In this document: one piece after another, positions 47,398 through 56,256 of the stretch
How the letters are laid out: each line of letters opens with the position of its first letter
How positions within the stretch are numbered: the stretch's first letter is position 1
Assembly (NCBI GenBank): GCA_903847405.1
Contig: CAINDP010000034.1
Location: 27,950-91,949 of the forward strand
DNA from: an uncultured Myxococcales bacterium
GTDB lineage: Bacteria > Myxococcota_A > UBA9042 > DTJE01
Direction: 5' to 3'
DNA length: 64,000 nt
Position numbers and translations under genes: made by a program
The notes under the pieces: generated by a model
The model's database searches: none
Told to the model about the DNA's origin: nothing
Seen by the model: only the letters and a program-made list of their open reading frames with translations

Positions 47398-48797
47398 CGC
47401 AGCCACCGGACCACCCGCCGCGCGATCTGCAGCGCGTGATCCCGCGAACGGACCTGGGCCAGCAGTCGCACCATCCGGGAGGGCCGCAGGTAGAACCGGA
47501 AGAAGGCCGACCGGTGCAGCGCCTTCAGTTCGCCCGGCGCCAGGCTGGCCGGGGAGTAGGCGACCTCGGCGAAGGTGGCCGCGTTCCAGTCCACCGTGTC
47601 CATCCGTCCCTCGGCCGCGACCTCGTCCCAACTGGCCGTGCCGGGCAGGGGATGGAACAGCATGAAGTGGGCGAAATCCAGGGGCAGGTCCAGGGCCAGC
47701 CGGGTGGTCGCCAGGATTTCGTCCCGGGTTTCGCCCGGGAAGCCCAGCACGAAGAACCCCCGCGTTTCGATCCCCTCCTCGGCCAGCAGGGCGATCTGGC
47801 GCCGGACGCCGTCGATCGTCAGGCCCTTGCGCAGGTTCCCCAGCACCCGCGCCACGCCGGATTCGATCCCGATGGCGACCGAGTAGCAGCCCGCCTGGCG
47901 CATGTGGCGCAGCAGGGCCCGGTCCAGGCGATCCAGGCGCACCCCGTTCGGGAGGCACCAGTGGATGCGGAACGGCAGCGACAGAAGGCCGTCACAGAGG
48001 GCGTGCACGTACGAAACGTCCCAGGTGAGGTTGTCGTCCACGAAGGCGATTTCCCGGACCCCGAACTCGTCGTGGAGACGGCGGATTTCGTCCAGGACCT
48101 GCGCGACCGGGCGATACCGGACGGTCCGGCCGTGGATCAGGCTGCCCGCGCAGAAGCTGCACGAGTAGGGGCACCCGCGGGAGGCTGAAACCGGCGCGAC
48201 GGGGGCCTCCCGGTAGAAGGCCCCGTGAGGGCTGGCGGGATAGGTCCGGGGATCCAGCAGGTCCCACCGGGGCATCGCCGCGGTCTGCAGGTCCGTGACG
48301 CACCGGGGATTCGCCGTGACGTGCCCCGCGGGGTCGCGCCAGACCAGCCCGGGAATCGCAGCGAACCCGTCGATCGCGGGCGCGCTGCGGGCCCCGCCGC
48401 GCCCTTCCAGGGCATCCAGCAGCATCGGCAGCCCGTTTTCGGCCTCGCCCTGGAACGCGAAATCGATGGCCGGCCCCAGCAGATCCATCGTTTCGACGGG
48501 GCACACGGACGGATGGGGCCCGCCCACGATCAGCCAGACGTCGGGCAGCGCGGCCCGGACGGCGCGCAGGCAGTCGCCGGCGACCTGGGACCCGAAGGTT
48601 CCCATCTGGACGCCGACCACGTCGGCCCGGAACGCCTTGACGGCCTCCACCAGGCCCGACGTCCCCAGCCCCAGGCGGATGCAGTCCAGGATCCCGACGT
48701 CGTGAGGGGCGTGCACGGCTGCGGCAAGGAACCCCAGTCCCAGCGGGGGCTGGATGGAATCGGTGCGTTCCTTCGCCTTGACCAGGAGGATTCGCAT
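47394..48797 (-). CDS. B12-binding radical SAM enzyme 3
   Basis: PPLGLG, GGPHPS, GEAE, SRGCPYSCSFC, FVDDNL, GIESG and PLPGT motifs. Confidence 0.9.
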   Translation of the reverse strand: MRILLVKAKERTDSIQPPLGLGFLAAAVHAPHDVGILDCIRLGLGTSGLVEAVKAFRADVVGVQMGTFGSQVAGDCLRAVRAALPDVWLIVGGPHPSVCPVETMDLLGPAIDFAFQGEAENGLPMLLDALEGRGGARSAPAIDGFAAIPGLVWRDPAGHVTANPRCVTDLQTAAMPRWDLLDPRTYPASPHGAFYREAPVAPVSASRGCPYSCSFCAGSLIHGRTVRYRPVAQVLDEIRRLHDEFGVREIAFVDDNLTWDVSYVHALCDGLLSLPFRIHWCLPNGVRLDRLDRALLRHMRQAGCYSVAIGIESGVARVLGNLRKGLTIDGVRRQIALLAEEGIETRGFFVLGFPGETRDEILATTRLALDLPLDFAHFMLFHPLPGTASWDEVAAEGRMDTVDWNAATFAEVAYSPASLAPGELKALHRSAFFRFYLRPSRMVRLLAQVRSRDHALQIARRVVRWLR

Positions 48798-49056
48798 CCC
48801 CGTCGAGCCCCCGTCGTTCCAATGGTCCCGCACGTACCCTGTGGATTCCGGTTTGCGCGCGGATGACGGTACCAGCCCCGGCACGGGCTGTCAACGCGCC
48901 CCGGGGTCTGGTTTCCCAATGGCATCGGGGACATCCTCGCTTCCGGCGGGGTGCCCCTGCGGGACCTTCTGGACGCCGGTCCCGGTCGTGCTACCCTTTC
49001 CCCCGGACGACGGATCCCAGACACCCCCGGTGCCGCATCCGGGGCGGGAGTGCGCA

Positions 49057-50346
49057 ATGAAGGACACGGGATTTCCGGACCGGCCCCTCGAAATGGCGCG
49101 GGGCCGGATCGAGGCCGATCCGCGGGCGATGCTGAACACGGCGGTCGACCTGCTCCGGGGGCCGATTCCCGGGAGTCCGGGCACCGACGTCGAAACGTTC
49201 GAACGCGCCATCGCGAACCGCGTGGGGCGGCGCCACGGCGTGGCGGTCGGGTCGGGGAAGGCCGCGCTGATCCTGGCGCTGAAGGCGCTGCGGCTGCCGC
49301 CGGACAGCGAGGTCGTGCTGCCCGCGTTCCTGGTCCCGGAGGTCGTCGCCGTGATCTTGGGCACGGGCCTGCGACCGCGGATCGTGGACGTGGATCCGCG
49401 GACCTTCAACCTGGATCCCGCTGCCGTCGCGGCCGCGGCCCGTCCGACCGTCCGCGTCGTGCTGCCGGTCCACCTGTTCGGCACGCCGTGCGACATCGCG
49501 GCGATCCAGGAGGTGTCGCGACAGTGTGGCGCCGTCGTGATCGAGGACGCCGCGCAGGCCCTCGGCGCCGAAATCGGGGGCCGGGCCGCGGGCAGCTTCG
49601 GCCGCATGTCCTATTTCAGCTTCGGCGTGTTCAAGAACCTGAACACGCTGCTGGGCGGCATGATCCTGACGGACGACGACGACCTGGCCCGGGACCTTCG
49701 GGTGCTGCAGCGCGCGCTGCGGCCGCCGAACCGCCGGGAACTGGCCGAGGCGTGGATGCACTGGCTGGCGCTGGGGGCGGCCACCCATCCCGTCACCTTC
49801 CGGGGGATCGTGGGGCCGGTCGTGTCCGCGATGGAGCGCCTGTCGGCGGGCTGGAGCCGCCGGGCCGCCCTCAAGCCCCCGGCGGAGTACCGGACGCCCT
49901 CGATCGACGTTTCGAAATTCATGGTCGGGTTCTCGGACGTGCAGGCCCGCCTGGGCCTGACGATGCTGCCCCGCCTGGACCCGGCGGCGGCCGTGCGCGT
50001 CCGGAACGCCGACAGTCTGGACCGGTCGCTGGCGGGCATCCCGGGTGTCGCGACGCAGGCCGTGCCGGCGGGCGGCCGGTCGATCCGGTGGAACTACCCC
50101 ATGCTGATCCCCGACCGGGACCGCGTCCTTCCGGACGTCCGAAGGGCCTCGGGCTTCGACCTGGCCCCGGGCTACACCCCGGACCTTTCGGCCATCCCCG
50201 CCTTCCGCGAATACTCCTGCCCCTGCCCCGTGGCGGCCCGGGCCGATGCGACGCACGTGTATGTGCCCGTCCATCCCGACCTGGCGCCCGGGACGTTCGA
50301 GGCCGCCGCGGACCGTCTGGCGAACGTGCTCCGGGCCGTCACCTAG
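49057..50346 (+). CDS. DegT/DnrJ/EryC1/StrS PLP-dependent aminotransferase
   Basis: PVHLFG, VIEDAAQA, SFGVFK (PLP Lys) and GGM motifs. Confidence 0.85.
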   Translation: MKDTGFPDRPLEMARGRIEADPRAMLNTAVDLLRGPIPGSPGTDVETFERAIANRVGRRHGVAVGSGKAALILALKALRLPPDSEVVLPAFLVPEVVAVILGTGLRPRIVDVDPRTFNLDPAAVAAAARPTVRVVLPVHLFGTPCDIAAIQEVSRQCGAVVIEDAAQALGAEIGGRAAGSFGRMSYFSFGVFKNLNTLLGGMILTDDDDLARDLRVLQRALRPPNRRELAEAWMHWLALGAATHPVTFRGIVGPVVSAMERLSAGWSRRAALKPPAEYRTPSIDVSKFMVGFSDVQARLGLTMLPRLDPAAAVRVRNADSLDRSLAGIPGVATQAVPAGGRSIRWNYPMLIPDRDRVLPDVRRASGFDLAPGYTPDLSAIPAFREYSCPCPVAARADATHVYVPVHPDLAPGTFEAAADRLANVLRAVT

Positions 50347-50371
50347 CCCCGCCCGGGCACCCGCACCCTCG

Positions 50372-50400
50372 TTGACTTCGCCATGCACGGAACGTAGCAT
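50372..50400 (+). promoter_or_regulatory. Sigma70-like promoter, probably driving a leaderless transcript
   Basis: TTGACT-17 bp-TAGCAT ends 6 nt before the ATG at 50407; no RBS. Confidence 0.5.
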
Positions 50401-50406
50401 CCGCCC

Positions 50407-52038
50407 ATGCGTATCTGCCTGGTCAACTCGCAGTTCGAATTGCTGGGCGTGGAATACGTCAGCGCCATGCTGAAGCAGGCAGGCCACCAGGTCGTCCTGG
50501 TCCACGATCCCCGCCTGTTCCAGGATTCCTTCCAGATGAACGCCCCGCTGGCCCGGATGTTCGCCCTGGACCGGCGGACCGTGGACGAGGCGGCGGCAAC
50601 CAACGCCGACGTCTATGCCCTGTCGGTGTCCAGCCCGGACTGGGGCTGGGCCCGTGCGATGACGACGGCCCTGAAGGCCCGCACCGGCAAGCCCATCATC
50701 GTCGGCGGCGTGCACTGCTCGGCCTCCACCGAATCCGTTGCCCGGCACCCCGCGATCGACTACGTCGTGACCGGCGAAGCCGAGGACGCCATCGTGGACC
50801 TGATCGCGGCCCTGGAATCCGGGCGCGATCCCGCGGCTCTGCAGAACGTCAGCATGGTCCGGGACGGCACCTTCATCGGCAACCCGAACCGCCCGCTGGT
50901 CGTGGATCTGGACCGCCTGCCCTTTTCCGACAAGAGCATCTTCTACGACATCTCGGGACACTTCCGGCACGGCTACAACATCATGGCGTCCCGCGGGTGT
51001 CCCAAGGCGTGCAGCTACTGCCTGAACAGTTGGTACCGCTTCAAGTTCCCGAACGAGCATGACTGGTGGCGGGTCCGCTCGGTCGAAAACGTCATCGACG
51101 AACTGGAGCAGGCCAAGGCCCTGTACAAACCGAACCACTTCCGCTTCGTAGACGACGAATTCGCCTACGACCGCCAGTGGTTCCTGAAGTTCGTGCCCGA
51201 GTACAAGAAGCGCATCGGCGTGCCCTACCGCATCTTCCTGGACGCCGACAACTGCGACGAGGAACTGGTCCGCCTGCTGGACGAGTCCGGCTGCTTCGAG
51301 GCCGAGGTGGGCGTCCAGACGATCTCCCGGGAACTGCGGTCGAAGGTGTTCCAGCGGTCCCAGATCCCGGGCAAGGTCGTCGAAACGATCGACCTGTTCG
51401 CGAAGACGCGGACCACCCTGGTGATGGACAACATCCTGGGGTACCCCGATCAGACCCCCGAGGACCTGGCCGAACTGATCGAGTTCTACCGGGACCATCG
51501 CCCCAGCCGGGTCCAGAACCTGTGGCTGCGCTTCTGGCCGGGCACGCCCATCATCGAAATCACGCGGGAAAAGGGCTACTTCACGGCGGAACAGGCGAAG
51601 GCGCTGAACGAGGAGCCCGCGAACCGGGCCTGCGTCATCGGGGACGAGGTGAAGCGTCCCTGGGAACGCCGGGCATCGGCCCTGATCTACGCGGCCTTCT
51701 TCGTCCCCAAGTGGTTCACGACGTTCTGGGTCACCAACCTGCGCTTCGTGCGGTTCCCGGCGCTGCCCGAGTGGCTGGCCTACATGCTGACGAACCTGGG
51801 GAACACCCAGATCAGCATGTACGGGCGGCGGTTCGCGCACCGGTACATGAAATACAGCCTGTATCGCCTGGCGGGACCGTTCCGGAAGCTGGTGGATCGC
51901 GTGTTCTTCGGAGGACGCAGCCCGCTGGCGGGAAGGTACTCGACCCGGGTGGACATCACTCCGCGGGCGTCTGCCCGTCCCCTGGCCCCGCCCCCAGAAC
52001 CGCTTCCCGCGTCATCGGCCGCATCGGATGCCGGTTGA
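50407..52038 (+). CDS. B12-binding radical SAM enzyme 4
   Basis: LGVEYVSAMLK, GGVH, GEAE, SRGCPKACSYC, FVDDEF and WPGT motifs. Confidence 0.9.
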   Translation: MRICLVNSQFELLGVEYVSAMLKQAGHQVVLVHDPRLFQDSFQMNAPLARMFALDRRTVDEAAATNADVYALSVSSPDWGWARAMTTALKARTGKPIIVGGVHCSASTESVARHPAIDYVVTGEAEDAIVDLIAALESGRDPAALQNVSMVRDGTFIGNPNRPLVVDLDRLPFSDKSIFYDISGHFRHGYNIMASRGCPKACSYCLNSWYRFKFPNEHDWWRVRSVENVIDELEQAKALYKPNHFRFVDDEFAYDRQWFLKFVPEYKKRIGVPYRIFLDADNCDEELVRLLDESGCFEAEVGVQTISRELRSKVFQRSQIPGKVVETIDLFAKTRTTLVMDNILGYPDQTPEDLAELIEFYRDHRPSRVQNLWLRFWPGTPIIEITREKGYFTAEQAKALNEEPANRACVIGDEVKRPWERRASALIYAAFFVPKWFTTFWVTNLRFVRFPALPEWLAYMLTNLGNTQISMYGRRFAHRYMKYSLYRLAGPFRKLVDRVFFGGRSPLAGRYSTRVDITPRASARPLAPPPEPLPASSAASDAG

Positions 52039-53041
52039 TCTTGCGGATCACGGTGTCCATGAACTGCGGATCGTCCACGGCGATGCAGTGCGGCGCCTTC
52101 TTCTGCAGGCAGGGTTCGGCCAGCATGCGGGCCCAGGCGTCCTTCAGGGGCACCTGCTTCAGGTTGCCGTAGCTCATCTGGATCATCGCGCACGGCAGCA
52201 CGTCCCCGAATGCGGAAATGCTGATCTTCTCGCCGCCGGCCGCGCAGCATTCCACCAGGTAGTTGCTGGAGCCGTCCCACCGCACGTGGGGCAACTGCCG
52301 GTACGCCTCGAACTGCGCCCGGTGCTCGGGCGTCAGGGACACCTGCCCGTGCCGTTCCCAGTTCCCCACCGTGGCGGCCAGGTGCATGGTGTGCGTCACG
52401 CCCGATCGCCGGGTGAATTCCACCAGGCGGCCGACGGTGCCGTCCTCCATGTTGTCGCGCGTGACCGTGGTGTTGATGACCACGCCGATCCCCGCCGCCT
52501 TCGCCAGTTTGATCCCGGCCATCGCGGCGGCATACACGCCCTTCCGGCCCCGGAAGCGGTCGTGGCGCTCGGCGTCGTCGTAGTCCATGCTGATGGCGAT
52601 GTAGCCCAGGCCCGCCGCGGCCAGTCGACGAACCCGTTCCGGGGTCAGTTCCAGCCCGTTGGTGCTCAGCGTGGCGATGGCGCGGTGGGGCGGGATCGCG
52701 GCGATCAGTTCGTCCAGCCGCGGGTAGCACAGCGGCTCGCCGCCGACGAAGTTGATGATGATCGCGCCCAGTTCCAGGCTCTGATCGATCGCCGACCGCA
52801 TCTGGTCGAACGTCATCGGTTCCTGGGTCGTGTTGATCATCGGGCTGGCGTAGCAGTGCTCGCACTTGCACTGGCAGTCGAACGTCACCGAGAAGTCGAC
52901 GGTGCGCAGGGCCTTGCCCCCGGCGGCCAGGCGGGCGTAGTTCATCAGGATCTTCGGCAGCAGCCGGGGGTGCCGGGCGACCTCCGGGATCAGGATGGGC
53001 AGCTTGCGGTTCAGGCGGACGACGGTCTTCAGGATGCTCAT
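51956..53041 (-). CDS. Radical SAM enzyme with twitch/SPASM-like C-terminus
   Basis: CQCKCEHC, GGEP, STNG and CAAG...GDVLPC...GNL motifs. Confidence 0.85.
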   Translation of the reverse strand: MSILKTVVRLNRKLPILIPEVARHPRLLPKILMNYARLAAGGKALRTVDFSVTFDCQCKCEHCYASPMINTTQEPMTFDQMRSAIDQSLELGAIIINFVGGEPLCYPRLDELIAAIPPHRAIATLSTNGLELTPERVRRLAAAGLGYIAISMDYDDAERHDRFRGRKGVYAAAMAGIKLAKAAGIGVVINTTVTRDNMEDGTVGRLVEFTRRSGVTHTMHLAATVGNWERHGQVSLTPEHRAQFEAYRQLPHVRWDGSSNYLVECCAAGGEKISISAFGDVLPCAMIQMSYGNLKQVPLKDAWARMLAEPCLQKKAPHCIAVDDPQFMDTVIRKINRHPMRPMTREAVLGAGPGDGQTPAE

Positions 53042-54360
53042 GGGACGGCTCCTTCGAGGCCCCCGCCTGCGGTGCCCCGGGTGATCACGTTGTGGATGTC
53101 GAAAGGCACCAGGCCCGTCCGGGTCATGAAGGCCATGTGGCAGTTCGACGCGTCCTCCAGGTCGATGCTGTTCGCGGACAGGAACTTTTCGACCACGACG
53201 AACTTGATGAACGGGGGCGTGTATTCCTGCTGGTACAACAGCAGTTTCGGCAGCGCCGCCAGGACCTGCGCCGCGCGGACCGCGTGCCGGGCCGCGAACA
53301 CCGGGTCGAACAGCCGCACCAGGGGATAGTACTCGTCGCCCTCGAACACCAGCACCATGGGCAGCGTGCTCATCTTCGGCCGCAGGTTCGGCGACTTCAG
53401 CACGCGGTACAGACGCCCCAGCCACTTCGTGGTTTCGACGAAATCCGACACGGTGATCCGCCCGCCCGTTTCCCGCTCGACGTGCTTCAACGCGCTGGAC
53501 ATGGGCGTTTCGACCGTCGGCAACCCGTTCCGGCCCTGGGACGCGTGGGGATAGAAGTTGACCCAGAACGCCCGCGGGTTCCGGCCCAGGAAGCGGATGA
53601 TCGGCCCGATTTCCGAGGTGTTCACGCCTTCGGCCAGCATGGTCCCCAACTGGACCTTGAATCCCATCGACGACATCCGCTCGATCGCGTCCAGCTTGTG
53701 CTGGACCATGGCCTTGCCGCGCAGCGTCAGCGACACCTCGTCGGAAAACCCGTCGAACTGCAGGATCACCCACGTCAGGCCGGCCTCGCGCAGGCGCATC
53801 AGGAACGCCGGGTCGGTGCGGACGCCGTTGGTGGCCAGGCGGGGGATGTAGCCCCGGGCGACGATCGCGCGCACCAGGTCCGGAAGGTCCTCCCGCAGCG
53901 TCGGTTCCCCGCCGAACAGCACCACGTTCGGCCGGCGCACGCGGCCCAGCAGGCCGGGCTTCACGGGCGGCAGCCGCGACACGATCGCGTCGATGGACGG
54001 CTCGTTGGCGCAGGCCCCCACCGCGTCGGTGCAGCAGACCGGGCAGCGCAGGTTGCATCGGTCGGTGACGTCCACCTGGATGTTGTAGGTCTTGGGCAGG
54101 CAGCCGTCGCAGGGTTCCCCCTTCACGCACTGCAGCGTCCTGCACCAGACGTCGTCCCCGACCACGTCGGCGAACCGCTGGAACAGGTCGGCGTCCGGCC
54201 ACAGCAGGGCCTCGGCGGACCCATGGTCGGCGCACGTGCGGACGATCCACACGTCCCCGTCCCGCCGCTCCAGCAGGGCGGGAACGACCTTGCGGCACTC
54301 CAGGCACAGCCCCTGCGTCCGGCGCAGCAGCGTCCCCCGGGGTGCGATTTCACCAGCCAT
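53038..54360 (-). CDS. Tetraether-synthase (Tes/MJ0619, COG1964)-like radical SAM enzyme
   Basis: N-terminal TQGLCLEC...RTCADHG metal site, CNLRCPVC, GGEPT, QFDG and C-terminal NCHMAF...GLVPFDIHN. Confidence 0.75.
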   Translation of the reverse strand: MAGEIAPRGTLLRRTQGLCLECRKVVPALLERRDGDVWIVRTCADHGSAEALLWPDADLFQRFADVVGDDVWCRTLQCVKGEPCDGCLPKTYNIQVDVTDRCNLRCPVCCTDAVGACANEPSIDAIVSRLPPVKPGLLGRVRRPNVVLFGGEPTLREDLPDLVRAIVARGYIPRLATNGVRTDPAFLMRLREAGLTWVILQFDGFSDEVSLTLRGKAMVQHKLDAIERMSSMGFKVQLGTMLAEGVNTSEIGPIIRFLGRNPRAFWVNFYPHASQGRNGLPTVETPMSSALKHVERETGGRITVSDFVETTKWLGRLYRVLKSPNLRPKMSTLPMVLVFEGDEYYPLVRLFDPVFAARHAVRAAQVLAALPKLLLYQQEYTPPFIKFVVVEKFLSANSIDLEDASNCHMAFMTRTGLVPFDIHNVITRGTAGGGLEGAVP

Positions 54361-54507
54361 GTGACCCCCGATCCAGCCAGGATGCCAGCGCCACCCGCGC
54401 GGTGCGCCAGTGTAGCAGATTCCCCCGGGCCACGGCCACGCCCGCGGGGCCCCGGGGCATTGACCCGACCCGGTGGAACACGGATACTCGGCCGGACGGA
54501 GGACGGC

Positions 54508-56256
54508 GTGGAGGCTCCCAAACTCGCCGGGGCTCGATGGGCGTCCACCACCCGGGCAGCCCTTCTGCTGGCCGACGCGGTCCTCTTCCTGGCCGTGTGG
54601 TACGTCCTGGTCGACGCGACCCTGATGGCCAGCGTCGACGTCCTTTCGCCCGTCGTTGCCCTGCTGCAGATCGTCCCCGTCCTGGGCGCCTGGCTGGCCG
54701 TCGGCTACCTGTTCCGGCGCAGCAGCCCGGACGCGACGCATTCCGCCCGGCACGCCGCCATCGACGGCGCCATCGCACTCCTCTGGTTCGTGGTCCTCCC
54801 GGCGCTGTTCGTCCACGGGTTCGTCTTCGCTTCGTTCACCGCGGAAAACCGCTGGATCGCCACGGAATGGCACCGGGTCGGCATGACCCTGGTCGCGACC
54901 ATCCACTCGGCCTGGTACCAGTTGCCGTTCATCATCGGCCTGATGTCCGCCCTGGTGGTGATGATGCTGGTCCCCCGGCTGCGGTGGCCCGCGCGCATCA
55001 TCGTGCTGATCCTCCTGGCCCTGATGCTGTTCCTGGACTATCGCGCCGAGGGCTATGCGAACCTGACGATGCCGCACTGGGCCTTCCCGCTGTTCCTGCT
55101 GTTCGCGGCCAGTTTCCTGCGCTCCAAGGCCTGGTTCGCCCGGGTGGCGGCCGCGAACGTCCCGGCGCTGATCATCCTGCTGTTCTACCTCGGGGCCAGC
55201 CCCCTGCCCTTCCTGCAGTCCCAGCCGGATCCGCAGTTCTTCACGCGGCTGTTCCCCGCCCAGGACATCCGGCACGAGGCCCTGCTGTTCTGGCGGGACG
55301 GATGGGTCGATCGCGACGGGCTGGACATGTTCCATAGTTTCGGGCCGTCCTCGGGCATGGCCCGGATCGACCTGGACACCGGCGCCTTCGCCGGGGAACC
55401 GATCACGTACCACGGGACGATCCGCTTCTTCTGGACCGACGATGCGTCCCCCTGGCTGTTCGGGGCCAACAACACCGTCAGCGAACTGCTGATGTTCCGG
55501 AAGGAGCCCTTCGCGCTGGCCCGGCGCATCCCCCTGGAGCGCGACGGGGCGTCGCGGGTGCCGTACGACATCACGGCCGCCCCCGCGCTGAACCGGCTGT
55601 TCCTGGCCTTCGAGAACCCCACCGGCATCGCGGCCTACGACATGACGACCCTGGAACCCGTCGGCGAGGTGCTCCTGCGCGAAGCGGGGCTGACGGAATT
55701 CGCCACGGCCGCGATCCGGGTCGCCAGCGAGCCCGCCAGCGGGAAACTGTTCGCCTCGTTCGGCAGCGTGGACCTGGGCAACAACTACCGGATCGCGCGG
55801 TTCGACGCCCGGACGCTGGCGGTCGAGGACCAGATCCTCGTCGATCTGCAGGGGGACAGTTTCATCCTGGCCCCGTCGATCAACCGGGCGTTCGCGGGCG
55901 ACTTCAGCCGCGGGCAGATTCTCGAGGTCGAACTGTTCCCGAAACTGCGCTTCCTGGGCTACATCCCGGGCCCCCTGTGCTCGCGATCGATGGCGTTCGA
56001 CGCGGGCCGGGGCTTCCTGTATGCGACCTCGATGGTCACGGGGGAGTTCCACGTGATCGACGTGGCCCGCAGGAAGACCCTGTACAGCACGTTCGTCGGC
56101 AACAAGGCGTCCAACGTCTTCTTCCACCGGGGGCTGGATCGGGTCTACGTTTCGTCCGCACGGGGCGTCTTCCTGTTCGATCCGGCGACCTTCGAACGGT
56201 CCCTGGGCGCCGGGGCCGACGCCGATTCGATTCCGGCAGCGGAAGTCCCACGATGA
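54508..56256 (+). CDS. TM + YVTN/YncE-like beta-propeller protein
   Basis: GTG start after GGAGG; multi-TM N-terminus followed by propeller-like repeats (NRLFL, GKLFA, MAFDAGRGFLY, DRVYVS). Confidence 0.7.
   Translation: MEAPKLAGARWASTTRAALLLADAVLFLAVWYVLVDATLMASVDVLSPVVALLQIVPVLGAWLAVGYLFRRSSPDATHSARHAAIDGAIALLWFVVLPALFVHGFVFASFTAENRWIATEWHRVGMTLVATIHSAWYQLPFIIGLMSALVVMMLVPRLRWPARIIVLILLALMLFLDYRAEGYANLTMPHWAFPLFLLFAASFLRSKAWFARVAAANVPALIILLFYLGASPLPFLQSQPDPQFFTRLFPAQDIRHEALLFWRDGWVDRDGLDMFHSFGPSSGMARIDLDTGAFAGEPITYHGTIRFFWTDDASPWLFGANNTVSELLMFRKEPFALARRIPLERDGASRVPYDITAAPALNRLFLAFENPTGIAAYDMTTLEPVGEVLLREAGLTEFATAAIRVASEPASGKLFASFGSVDLGNNYRIARFDARTLAVEDQILVDLQGDSFILAPSINRAFAGDFSRGQILEVELFPKLRFLGYIPGPLCSRSMAFDAGRGFLYATSMVTGEFHVIDVARRKTLYSTFVGNKASNVFFHRGLDRVYVSSARGVFLFDPATFERSLGAGADADSIPAAEVPR

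Noticed and set aside
43318-54360. The rSAM genes as a RiPP, hopanoid or chlorophyll cluster
   Set aside because: No precursor peptide, peptidase-transporter, squalene-hopene cyclase or bch genes are seen in the window; B12-rSAM resemblance to HpnJ/BchE is generic.
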